Origin: Mytilus californianus
Taxonomy: Eukaryota
Reading direction: 5' to 3'
NCBI RefSeq assembly: GCF_021869535.1
Contig: NW_026262723.1
Coordinates: 59,024,001-59,088,000, forward strand
DNA: 64,000 nt
Below are positions 13,801 through 24,558 of the stretch, piece by piece. The notes under the pieces are model-generated. The model worked only from the letters and a program-made list of their open reading frames with translations. It had not been told where the DNA came from and made no database searches. Numbering within the stretch: position 1 is the stretch's first letter; every line of letters starts with the position of its first letter. The position numbers and the translations under genes are program-made.

Positions 13801-14298
13801 AGAGTAGTTATACCGTTTGATCCGGATTTGGCGGTTTTGAAAGGAGCTGTTTTGTTCGGTCATAAATCAGACCTTATTTCATCTCGCATTAGTAAATTTA
13901 CATATGAAATATCATTTAATCCTAAATTCGATTCAGCGATTCACGACGACAAACATCGTAAATTCATAGATGGATTTTGGCGATGTAGACATGCATTCGA
14001 TAAAATAGTAGAAAAAGATACGGTAATTCGAATTGGAGCTACAATACAGAGAACGTATAAACCACAAAAGGATTATAGTAAAACATGGTTTAAGATATAT
14101 GCAAGCGAAAATTATGATCCAGTTCATACAACTGAAGATGGTTGTTTTTTTCTTGGTAAGGTTGCCATTGATCTTTCGAATTCGGAACGTCGGAAAGGTT
14201 TAGAAGTTGAATTCACCTTCGGAAACACTGAACTTGGCTTGACTGCTATAGAAACAAAAACAGGAATCAAATGTAACGCACAGTTTGCATTGATATAG
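7849..14298 (+). CDS. HSPA12: Heat shock 70 kDa protein 12-like (G1), intact, 578 aa
   Basis: join(7849..8160,8577..8795,11054..11207,13247..14298); all introns GT-AG, phases 0,0,1. Motifs AAIDFGTTYSGYAFS, LTVPAIW, LEPEAASIYC, DIGGGTADITVH, LVGGFS; no EEVD tail. Acceptor at 7833-7834 implies an upstream non-coding exon. Confidence 0.93.
8899..9049 (+). mobile_element. Family A repeat (3' end of a Penelope-like retroelement), G1 intron 2
   Basis: ggggttcgtgttgctcagtctttagttttctatg...ggtatctttcgcctctctt; same tail follows element coding-end sequence at 48680-49052. Confidence 0.75.
9252..9683 (+). mobile_element. HINE-like element with ~120-160-bp internal tandem units
   Basis: Repeated units (ttatacgga...attgagct...tactatga.gagtta.agat.gagt..acgttt..gctgatttt) at ~9307, 9466, 9589; terminal gtgagct and perfect hairpin gtgtcg-ttc-cgacac (9660-9674) before a T-rich end. 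Confidence 0.55.
9872..10050 (-). mobile_element. Degenerate Penelope-like RT fragment
   Basis: Translates KSKLYDKRDGFNLP..DEDVTLVASYVVYILQL, matching the LYDKRDDF..P....P..YGVYISQL region of this RT family. Confidence 0.7.
11054..11207 (+). CDS. HSPA12: G1 exon 3 (missed by the ORF track)
   Basis: aag|GCTGGT...ATTGGAG|gtaatt; AGIPKDNLLLALEPEAASIYCQYLPTEKFTGIEPGFTMSEPGTKYMIVDIG. Confidence 0.93.
11830..11985 (-). mobile_element. Degenerate family A copy (only minus-strand tail copy noticed), G1 intron 3
   Basis: caacacgaatcc...cagctcctgcttcactagttgtgccgtcgtgttgctc is the reverse complement of the family A 5' part. Confidence 0.6.
12072..12345 (+). repeat. Interspersed repeat family B (unclassified)
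   Basis: aaaagtaaaataacaaaa..ccgaact..ggaaaattcaaa..ggaaagtccct..aatggcaaaa..ctgtcatattcctgacttggtac; other copies ~9797, 14480 (-), 14924, 42962, 48425 (-), 51600. Confidence 0.8.
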
Positions 14299-14479
14299 GT
14301 TTATTTTTTTATATCGTATACTGGCATATGTTAAATGTGTCCTGTAGGCCTAACATAAAAAAGTTAACAATGTAAATAACAGGTTATAGAGTAAATGAAT
14401 CGATATTGCGAGCCAATGTCTTTGTAAATTGTTCTAAAATTCTTCAAATATTTAAATATCATTTGGATTTAATATGTAA

Positions 14480-14712
14480 AATGTTGGGACTGACAAAACG
14501 TATAAGAACTATAAACAACTGTCATACAAGTGGGATGTTTAGCTTGCTATAAAACCAGGTTAAGCCTACCATTTTCTTCGGAAAATGCCTGTACCAAGTC
14601 AGGAATATAGCAGTTGTTTATCACTTGTTCCGTTGATTAATAGTGTTTGCTTTTGTCAGTTTTTTTGGACTTCCCCTTTTTGAATTTGCCTTATGGAGAT
14701 CGATATTTTTGC
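14480..14712 (-). repeat. Family B copy (inverted)
   Basis: aaaatgcctgtaccaagtcaggaatatagcagttg is the reverse complement of the family B core. Confidence 0.75.
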
Positions 14713-14923
14713 TTGATGCTTTGGACATAAAACCGAGCACCAATCATCCACACCCGACTTCTTAAAAACACAGACGTACAAGAAAAGACATGTAATAATG
14801 ACAACACATGATCAAGATTGCCTGACCTGGTACAATCACAACATATGGTGGGGTACTTATGGTACATATAGTCACAAATCAATGTCTATTTTTATTTCAT
14901 GATATTTACTTCCGTTATGCATA

Positions 14924-15207
14924 AAAAGTAAAATAACAAAAATACAGAACTCCAAGGAAAATTCAAATCGGAAAGTACGTTATCAAACAGCAAAATCAAA
15001 AGCTCAAACACATCAAACGAATGGAAAACAACTGTCATATTCCTGACTTGATACAGGCATTTCCTTATGTAGAAAATGGTTGATTAAACCTGGTTTTATA
15101 GCTAGCTAAACCTCTCACTTGTATGACAGTCGCATAAAATTCCATTATATTGAAACCAATGTGTGAACAAAACAAACAGACATAATAGGTAAAAATGTCA
15201 AAAATAG
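14924..15207 (+). repeat. Family B copy
   Basis: Near-complete match to 12072-12345. Confidence 0.85.
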
Positions 15208-15343
15208 TGTAAAGTGTAAAAACAATATTTCGCAAATAAACCTCATGCAATTTGATCAATATTTTAACCTGTATTAATTGTCACAACTCGTATAACGATA
15301 AGAAGGAGAAAAAAAACGATTGAAATGTAATTGCAAATTTGTA

Positions 15344-15393
15344 TTTTTAAACATACTTTTGAACAATAGTTAGTTCAAAAGTATGTTTAAAAA
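15344..15393. repeat. Perfect 21-bp inverted repeat with 8-nt loop
   Basis: tttttaaacatacttttgaac-aatagtta-gttcaaaagtatgtttaaaaa. Confidence 0.95.
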
Positions 15394-16284
15394 TAATCAA
15401 CCATTTTCTAAATAAGGAAATGCACATTTAGGTAACAGGTACTAAAGATTCATAAAATTAAACTGCGCAGATGTTAATAAACCGATATTTAAATGTATTT
15501 AGTACTAAGTTTACAACAGTGCTAATGTTTAATGTTTAAACGTTGAATGAAAGACTGAGCATGATTTACTGGCTTATTGATTGTTTTTTTTTTGTTTTAA
15601 ATCGGTTCAGACCTAATTGACTCTTTCAGTTCAAAATATTTTCAATTGATGTAAGTTATCAACCTGACGCTAGCAAATTACCGATAAAGCGAACAAAAAT
15701 AATTTATAATACAGCGTAAATAGATATAAATAAACTCATCATAGTTACCAGGATATATAACTTTACCTTAAAGAGTGTACTTTAACATAAATTAAAATTT
15801 CCTTAATTTACACGTTCCTGTTCTATTTTACGGATGACTTATCTAATAATTTACAAGTAATAAGCGACACAATAGTATAAATACTGACAGATTCGTTTTA
15901 AAAGTCTCCTTACATTTAGCAATATGTTTCAAGCTTTGATTTGCTGTACACCAAAAAAATTTGATGATATTTATCATAAACTTGACAATAAACAAAAAGC
16001 TGGGTTATTGCTTGCTGGGAAAACCCATTAACCATGCTCATAGGAAATGAATGCAGTACAACAAGAAGATTTAAATATCCTTGCACCGAATTCTAACAGT
16101 AATGTTTGATTAAGTGCATTATATATTATAAATTAGTATATTACTGTATTAGATTTATTTTTTAGTGTTTATAACCACTGTATATATAATAATGAAATAT
16201 TAATCCTAAGTCAGTATAATACAATAAATGAATTTCCATTTTGATTTTATTATCATGTACCTCTACAGAGGTGCACATAAGTAC

Positions 16285-16452
16285 ACCATTGGTTTTGTCG
16301 AGGTTCGTGTTGTTCAGAATTTAGTTGTCTATTTTGTGTTTTGTTTAATGTTGTTTGTCGTTTTGTCGTTTTTCGTTTTTAGCCATGGCATTGTAGGTTC
16401 ATTGTCGACTTATAAGTTTTAATGTTCCTTTGGTATCTTTCGCATCTCTTCT
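16285..16452 (+). mobile_element. Family A (Penelope-like 3' end) copy
   Basis: Same tail as 8899-9049. Confidence 0.7.
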
Positions 16453-17868
16453 TAAATCGAGAAAGACATTTTAAACATCATGATGGGTTACAAGGTACAA
16501 AACAGCAGTGAAAAGACAAACTGATTAAGAAGTTCTTACGACTTGACACCATAGAATTCTAAATGAGGTATTGATATTTTGTGATACAAATTGGAAATGT
16601 CCATTTGACTTAGGGAATTGTGTAGTTGCTCATTAGTTTCTACCGTTTGGAACGCCGTTATTTTTAAGGACGAAGATGCACTGAGATTGGTGACATTATT
16701 AATCATTATTGAAAGGGATTAGGCAATCGATTTTAAAAATGAATTTGTTTTTCTTATCTATAAATCGTCACTTTTTAGCAAAGTGCTTTTGCTGTACGGA
16801 TTATTATAGTATTATCTTTTGTGTATCTGCTATTAGTTCATTAATCAAGGTTGTCTGATATCTAATCCCCACATAATTATGTGTCTGTCCCAAATCAGGA
16901 ACCTGCTCACTCACTGTATAATGTTATTCATTTTCTATTTTTATTAAGATAAAATTATGCTAATGGTAGATCTTTGATATATTCATAAATGATACTAATC
17001 AGCTGAACATTTTTAGCTTGACATATTTGTATAGACACATATCTTTTGTAGTAAAATGTGTTTTAGTCATTATAGTTATTGGGTTGTTGTTTCAATGACG
17101 TATAATCCAAAGCTCCCCTTTCGTTCATTTTTGAAATAAGAAAATCAGTTGAAAGCATGTTGTATGGCCTTCTTTTTATCTTTTCATATCTGTATTTTTA
17201 AGAAATGGTTTCGCGTGCGTCAATTTAAAAAAAAGACTAAATCAACGCTAAACATATGAATAAACTAATTGTAAAATATGTTTAAAACTTCTTAATATCA
17301 ATGAATTAAAAAAAACGCATAACCGACACTTTTGCGATTTTATTAAAGACGGTGTGTATCTGACGTTGTTTTGCGTTTATTAGTTCTTTTCTTAAGTGCT
17401 TTGGCAATTTAAATTCGGATTGCGGATCGAAGATACAAGCAATAAAACAAACTAAATTTTTATCCTTTGTTCTTTAGTCTACAAATATATGTCATATTTG
17501 CAATCATACCATATCTCCCTATTTAAATGATTTGTTTTATTGTACGTTACATCAAAATACAAGAATTTGATTGGTAAATAACGGGGAAGACATTTTACAC
17601 AATCCCATAGGTCAGCGGGAAACATTTTTTTTAATGTCATCCTCTCGTGCAGACCAATCAAAAATAGATAAATCAAAAGACAATGACCATTATTTTAAAG
17701 ATAATGCCAAAGTTCTACGTTTCGACCTCAGATTTTTTTCACAGACTGTCAACATATGTAATTTTTCTATTGACTGTAACGTTGATATGTACATGAAGTA
17801 ATGGTTTATAACTTTCAATTTAAAATTTAAAAGATAGAACATTCAGTATAATAAATTAAATAACACAT

Positions 17869-17985
17869 AGATGAAAGGGTGATAGAGTAGATTGTTTACT
17901 CATTGTAAACATTGTCAACCTTTTCTTTGTTTGGTTGACATTGTTTTCTCGGGGTAACATTTTGCTCGTTCACCTTCTATCTCAG
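17869..17985. repeat. Foldback element
   Basis: aaacattgtcaacc / ggttgacattgttt inner arms; gaaagggtga / tcaccttc outer arms. Confidence 0.7.
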
Positions 17986-18754
17986 ATATATCTTATTTAT
18001 ATATTGTGTATCAATATACGGTACGTGATTCTTTATGAAACGTACTCTATTGCATTTACGTGATTAGTGACCTGGCCAACATTAGTTATTTAAAGTTTCA
18101 GTAAGAATTAAGCTATTCGTTCAAATATACTCGAAAGAGAATTACAATTGTGCAAATATGGAACAATTTTATCGTTTACAATAGTATCGAGTATACACCG
18201 TTCAATGTTCCATCCAAATCGAGTCGTTAAAGGTATAACAAAGTACTTGGTAACTATTCTGTTATTTTGTCAGGATTCTGACAAATTCGTCAAGAATATA
18301 ATGTAGGAAACGACTTCAACATTCGAAAGACAGTACTCCGTTACAAATATTGTAAAACGAAACCACCTTTTTTATCGTTTAACTCCGTCGTTTCGTTGAA
18401 TAGGAAAAAGTTTCAATGTCCGTTCAAATAACATAAAGTAGAAGGCATATTATCCATTTTTTGTCATCTATTGTATTATTTGTTATCAATATATATTTGT
18501 CTAATAAATGAGAAATGTGAAATGGTGCTTCTGATTCTTTTAAAGTTAAAACTTGGTAGTGTCCTCCGTCTTAAACTACTATTTTTCTGTGCGTTTTGTC
18601 ATTAGTATGTTTATGAAGATTGTAATAATGTGTTTTATAGCAATAAAATGTAAAGCTTACGGTTAATAAGGAATTGTAAAAGAGAAACCATATTATAACT
18701 GTTCATTCTGTTTCTTGTCCTGAGTGAAATTGTTGATTTGAAATAGAAATCATT

Positions 18755-19151
18755 TTAAGGATGTTCGCTACTCTGTTTCAAAATAACAAACTTTTTAAAA
18801 GACTGTTATGAATTGATAGTATATAAATAAAGGAACTAAAAAAGTATAAAAAAGTTAAGGGTCCGTGTGCTTGTTTTCGAGATATAAGCCATTGAAAATT
18901 TGGCGGGAAATGATTCTCTCTAGATTTTTCATACATTTAACATTGGCACCTTTTTTCTTTCAAAAACATTGAAAAAATAACAAGGATTTTATAAGATTTT
19001 CAAATATGGCTTTTTAAACTATATGTAATAAAATTATGAAAAGAAAAGTAGGGGTTAGTGGACAAAATTTCTTAATGGAAAACATGGATAAAACCAGAGG
19101 ATTCCGAATATCTGACAAAAAATCAAAAACAAGAGGAGCGAACATCCTTAA
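18755..19151. mobile_element. TTAA-flanked MITE, Kolobok-type by terminal signature
   Basis: ttaaggatgttcgct (18755-18769) / agcgaacatccttaa (19137-19151) perfect inverted termini including TTAA; GG..CC ends fit Kolobok rather than piggyBac. Confidence 0.75.
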
Positions 19152-19464
19152 AGTTTTTTCTGTTTGCATAAGCTACAAACATGATGCTACAAATAAATGA
19201 CGGAAGAGGAATGCTGACAAATAGAACGTCAAAAGTCACCATGCTTGTTCATTATTTTAAACTCAATTTGGCCTACAATTAATGCCACCAATTACAACTA
19301 ATGAGGTATGGTTGCCAATGAGACAAACATTTACCGAGAACCAATCGACAAGGATGTAATGAACTACATATCAACACTCGGCTGTTAACGGCGAGTAAAA
19401 ACTAATCAAATATACCATACTTGTAAATGCCATATTGTATAGTATGGTTAAAAGGTCTGTACTT

Positions 19465-19690
19465 GCATGAGAACACGTCGGGTGCCACATATAGAGCAGG
19501 GACTACTTACTCTTCCAGAGCACTTGAGTTAACCCCTGGTTTTTGGTGGGGTTCGTGTTGCTCAATTAGTTTTCCATATAGTGTATTTATTAGTACTTTT
19601 CTCGTCCTTGTTTTTTCTTCATGGCGTTGTCAGACTTCTACGATTTATGATATTTGAATGTCCCCTTGGTATTTCCCGCCTCTCTTTTTA
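19465..19690 (+). mobile_element. Family A (Penelope-like 3' end) copy
   Basis: aacacgtcgggtgccacatatagagcagg...ggggttcgtgttgctc...cgcctctctttt. Confidence 0.8.
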
Positions 19691-19704
19691 AGAAGACAAG
19701 GTTA

Positions 19705-20630
19705 CATATTTTCATAAACATTTAGGTGTTACGATTAGCAGAGATGCAAAATGGAGCACTCATTCCGAAATTATAAAAAAGAATGTATCGAAACAAATTA
19801 ATGTTCTTAGAAAATTAAAATACATAAAAAGCAGAAAGAACTAAGAAAAGCTGTACTTTTCCTTTATTAAACCTTTACTTGATACTGCATGCGAAGTTTT
19901 GGATATTATGGGTGTAGGTTATTGTAACAATAGAGCAACAGCAGCTTGAGGCTTCCAGAATTATAACTGGTCTCCCTATTTTAACTAGTAGTAGATTCAT
20001 TTATAATAAAATTGGTTTCTGGACGTTCGATGAACGAGGAGAAAGGAGGAAGTTACAATTATTTTATAATATTTAACATAACAATGCACTAACATATGTT
20101 TGGAATTTAATTCCCCCAACATTTCAAATGACAGATGTTTACACCTTACGTAATGGATATGATACAATATACCATTTTGTAGACTCTTATTTAACCAAGA
20201 ATCGAACATTTCTGTAACGAAACGATTGTGGAACAACATTTATGTTTCCACTCGAAATATATACTGTCGAGGTAAAATTTTAAACCGAATTGATTAATAA
20301 TAAATTGAATTGAAATCTCAAAATATCATCACATTATAAATTTGGAAATCATAAACTCAACATCATTTTGACACAACTTCACCATAGCTTTGATGTCATT
20401 TCAGATCCACCATGTCGTTGTGGTACTTACCATGAAGATTACTTCTCTTTTTGATGTCCTAGGTATGCTAATAAAAAAGTATACTATGTTGTATTATGAA
20501 ATTGTAATCAGAAAACTGTTTACTAAATTTAGATATCTTAACCTCTGGCCATATATCCCTTATTAATGATAATGAAATCATTTCTTAAAAGTGCATATAA
20601 ATCTATTAAAAAACCAAAGAGCTTTTCTAA
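19705..20630 (+). mobile_element. Degenerate CR1/L2-like LINE 3' fragment
   Basis: Broken frames translate HLGVTISRDAKWSTH..LRKLKY..KLYFSFIKPLL..QLEASRIITGLP..RKLQLFY..LIPPT..LRNG..LNIILTQL..DPPCRCG, typical of the RT C-terminus of mollusc CR1-type LINEs. Confidence 0.75.
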
Positions 20631-21171
20631 ATGTGAAAAATACCATTTTAATTCGCATACTGAGTACAATTATTCACATCACAATTTTGACATAACATAA
20701 TCCAACAAATAATTTGTACTGTCTTTTTTTTTAATTCTTTTTTATATTTATGTTATTTTAAAATAACATGTTTTAAGTTTTTATTCAGCTCCTTCATGCG
20801 AGACAATTTAGCAAGTACTGAGATAAAAAAAAATAAAAACACACGCTGAGAATTTAAAATTACATACTTACATTTGTGAGCACATCTTATGAGTAAATAT
20901 CTAGTTAGCATACCTACGGTGCTTTACCCAAAACGGGACCATTTTACTCAGAGTTCCCACGCATTTCTAGTCAATTTACTGTCCATAGGCAAAGGCTTTA
21001 AAATTCCTTGCCATAGGTAAGTAATTATAAGTGAAAACTTAATTTCAATTTTAATACATATATCAGTTTTTAAAAAAAATCGAGTTTGAAAATGCACTTG
21101 TTAGTTATTTGATAAATGTAATGTTTTCTTTAGTATTTTATAATAAATATACTGATGAGTAAATTCCTGAT

Positions 21172-21730
21172 AACTGATATTTATAGTTTGTTCTTATGTT
21201 GTGCTGTTACACCACTATCACAGGTTATATTGAGTGTTAGGCACAGGCTAACATGTTACACCACGCCACATTCTAGAAGTACCTGTCCAATGTCAAGAGC
21301 CTGTATTTGAATGGTTGTCGTTTGTTGCTGTTTATCATATTTGTTTTTCGTTAATTGTTTTGTACAGTTTGTTCTAGAGTTCTAGAGTTAGGCTGTCCAA
21401 GGTTGGAGTAGGGTTGGGCGTTTGCTAACATGTTTAACCTAGCAACAATGTTTATGTGCCTGTCCCAAGACAGAAGCCAGTAATTCAGTGGTTGTTGTTT
21501 GTTGCTGTATATCATATTTATTTATTGTATATGAATCATGCTGTTAGTTTACTCGATTGAATTGTTTAACATATCGGTCATTTCGGGGCCTTTTATAACT
21601 TGCTTTCCGAAATGTTTTTTTTTATTGTTTTTCATTGAAGGTTGAACGGTGACATATAGTTGTTAATCTTCTACGTCATTTGATCTCTGGTGGAGAGTTG
21701 TCTCATTGGCAATCATACCCCATCTTATTA
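21172..21730 (-). repeat. Family C copy, left arm of a large inverted pair
   Basis: Colinear reverse complement of 21764-22335, including an internal ~200-bp duplication. Confidence 0.85.
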
Positions 21731-21763
21731 TTATTATTATTTTATTTTCTAGTGTGGGCATAT

Positions 21764-22735
21764 AATATAAAAATAAGAAGATGTGGTATGATTGCCAATG
21801 AGACACAAGAGACCAAATGACACCGACATTAACAACTATAGGTCACCGTACGTTCTTTAACAATGAGCAAAGCCCATATCGCATAGTCAGCTATAAAAGG
21901 CCCCGAAATGACAAATGTAATACAATTCAAACGAGAAAACTAACGGCTTAATTTATGTACCAAATAATGAACGAAAAACTAATATGTTACACAGCAACAA
22001 ACGACAACCACTGAACTACAGGCTCCTGGCTTGGGACAGGAACATACAGAATGTGGCGGGGTTAAACTAGTTAGATGGCATCAAACCCTCCCATAACCTG
22101 GGACAGTGGTGCAACAGCTCATCACAACAACACATTATACAATACAATAAACGAAAAACAAATGTGAAAAACAGCAAAATATAACAACCACCACTCAATT
22201 TCAGGCTCCTGACTTGGGACAGGTACATATAGAATATGGCGGGGTTAAACTAGTTTGAAGGCGCCAACTCTCCCTCTAACCTGGAACAGTGGTGTAACAG
22301 TACAACATATATAAGAAAAAACTATAAAAATCAGTTGTAAAAGGCTTAACTCATCAGATGGATACAAATAGAAGGACATCTAACAAGAACACAGAGTAGA
22401 CGTGGCAGGGTACTTATACATCCCCACAACAAAAAGACACTAATTACAGATCTAAGAGTACTCGCAGTTAATGACAGCTAGTTCAAAGCCTATAACAACT
22501 AATAAAAAAATCATGCATCTAAGACTAAAATATCAATCAGTACACATCCAACTTCCAATGGATTTAGTGTAAAGACGTTATTAACAGTCAGAAAAAAAAT
22601 GAACTTGTGCAATGCCAAGATACAGGTATCGACAGATTGTAGAGCCATGAATGTGCATATGTATATAAAAAATAATATTTAGTTTGTTGATGTGGAATAT
22701 AAACACAAAACTTAGTTTAGTATACTATTAGAACG
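21764..22735 (+). repeat. Long family C copy, right arm of the inverted pair
   Basis: aagatgtggtatgattgccaatgagac..ggtcaccgtac..aaaaggccccgaaatgac..ggctcctg.cttgggacagg (x2)..cagtggtgtaacagtacaac; right limit approximate. Confidence 0.8.
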
Positions 22736-23049
22736 TGCAATTTTAGTAGTATTCGCAGAAAAAAAATCACATTGTAATTACATATTTTTTCCCCTTTAGG
22801 GCATATTTATCCCATCGAAAACATTGATTGAGAAGTTTATCTAATTCATGTACGGGAGGAGAAATGTTTTTGGAAATTTAGTAAAGAGAGGCAGCAGTAC
22901 TAAACCGATAATAAAATCTCATAAATCGATTAAGAAAACAAATCTAGGTAAGAAATAAAAATAAAGCAATTGCATGAACTCCAAAAGGAATTCGACAGGG
23001 ACAGGGAAAGCCTTACTATGCATACAAAAATTAACCGCCATATGAATCA

Positions 23050-23400
23050 ACACTCATTCAAACTATCCCAAATATCGAGTAGGACAGGATTGCTTATCAA
23101 GCTCGTACAGTGTGAACAAGCACGACCGAAACTTACCAATTGACATATTTTAACGCAATTCGATGGGACAGAGGTTATGCTTACTACTGAGAAATTGGAA
23201 GTTGACAATTGGAGAGTTAAACTCATACATTCTAATTGGAAGTCGTCCATATGTGTCAGTATCGAGAAAAAAATCAAGATACGAAGCAGACCTTTTAGTT
23301 TCAGTAGTATCCTTAATCTCAAGTTCACTGTGATGACAATGTATGAGATGCAAGCACTCACTGAAAAGTTGGTTATTGAGTGACAAGACATCAATATATA
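23050..23400 (-). mobile_element. Degenerate Penelope-like RT fragment
   Basis: YIDVLSLNN..ELEIKDTTETKRSASYLDFFLDTDTYGRL..FNSPIVNFQFLSS..CQLVSFGRACS (frameshifted). Confidence 0.85.
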
Positions 23401-23661
23401 TATTAATGTAAAATTAAAAGTAAAGAACTTGAGTATTGTACTTTTTGCTTTTTCAATGTTGGTGTTGTTTATAACAGTAACAGCCTCGTCTATACTTTGT
23501 CATGACAAACGTGTTTCTATTTCAATTTTTCACATTCGGTCAAGTTTCGGGATTAGAACATTTACCTTACCGATGGTTTATTAATTTGGTGATGTCTTAG
23601 ATAAAAGTCAATTACTAATCCGCTATTTGGTAATACCATATCACTTAATACTTATCAACAA

Positions 23662-23900
23662 ATTTTATAGGACTAGCGCGACGGGTGTCACATGTGGTGC
23701 AGGATCTGCTTACCCTTCCGGAGCACCTGCGATCACCCCAAGTTTTAGGTGGGGTTCGTGTTGTTCAGTCTTTAGTTTTCTATGTTGTGTATTGTGTACT
23801 GTTATTAGTCTATTGGTCTTTTTCTTTTTTAGCCATTGTGTTGTCAGTTTATTTTCGACTTATGAGTTTGAATGTCCCTTTGGTATCTATCGCCTATCTT
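23662..23900 (+). mobile_element. Family A (Penelope-like 3' end) copy
   Basis: cgacgggtgtcacatgtggtgcaggatctgcttacccttccggagcacctg..ggtatctatcgcctatctttt. Confidence 0.85.
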
Positions 23901-24558
23901 TTGCAAGATTTGTATTTCATTTTGTCTTTGAAAAGCTTTTTGTATGAACTTTGCTTCATACGAGTACAAGAAAGTCGGCCGTTAGGGGTGGACAGTTAGT
24001 TCACATTGAAATATCAATCAATAAAGCTGAACCAATATGTTGTTGATAAAAAAAAGTCCAGCATTTTGATGATATTATCCTAGGTGTTTTTGTAATTGGA
24101 AACAATGTGGTTTTTCAGAAGGTAAGATTTGAAAGTAAGTTAAAATCGGAAAATATACTAGCTTACAGTAACTTTCAATACTCCTAGATCTGTGATTTGT
24201 GTCTTTTGGTTATTTGGTTTTTATCATTAGTGTCGATCTGAAGAGTCAAGCCCCTTTCTAACTGATTTTTTAAATTTTGTTCTTATGTTTTGTTGGTATA
24301 CCAATATCATAAATAAGAACGAGGGCTAAGCATTCACACACATGTTTAACTCCGCCTATTTTGTGTGTGTCTCGTGTGGTTGTCAAGCCAAGAATCTATA
24401 ATCAACTTGTAGTTGTTGTTTACTGACCGACATTATCGTTTTTCATTGTAAATATAATATATTTTAAAATAACAATAAGCAATAGAAGAAGAAGATTACA
24501 ATAAACAAAGAATAGTAAGAATTTTATAACAAAGTTTAACTGTAAATATGTTGAAAAA

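Noticed and set aside
23627-23999. ORFs of 104-106 aa (similar at 16228, 19427, 48840)
   Set aside because: Recurrent translations of the family A repeat, not host genes
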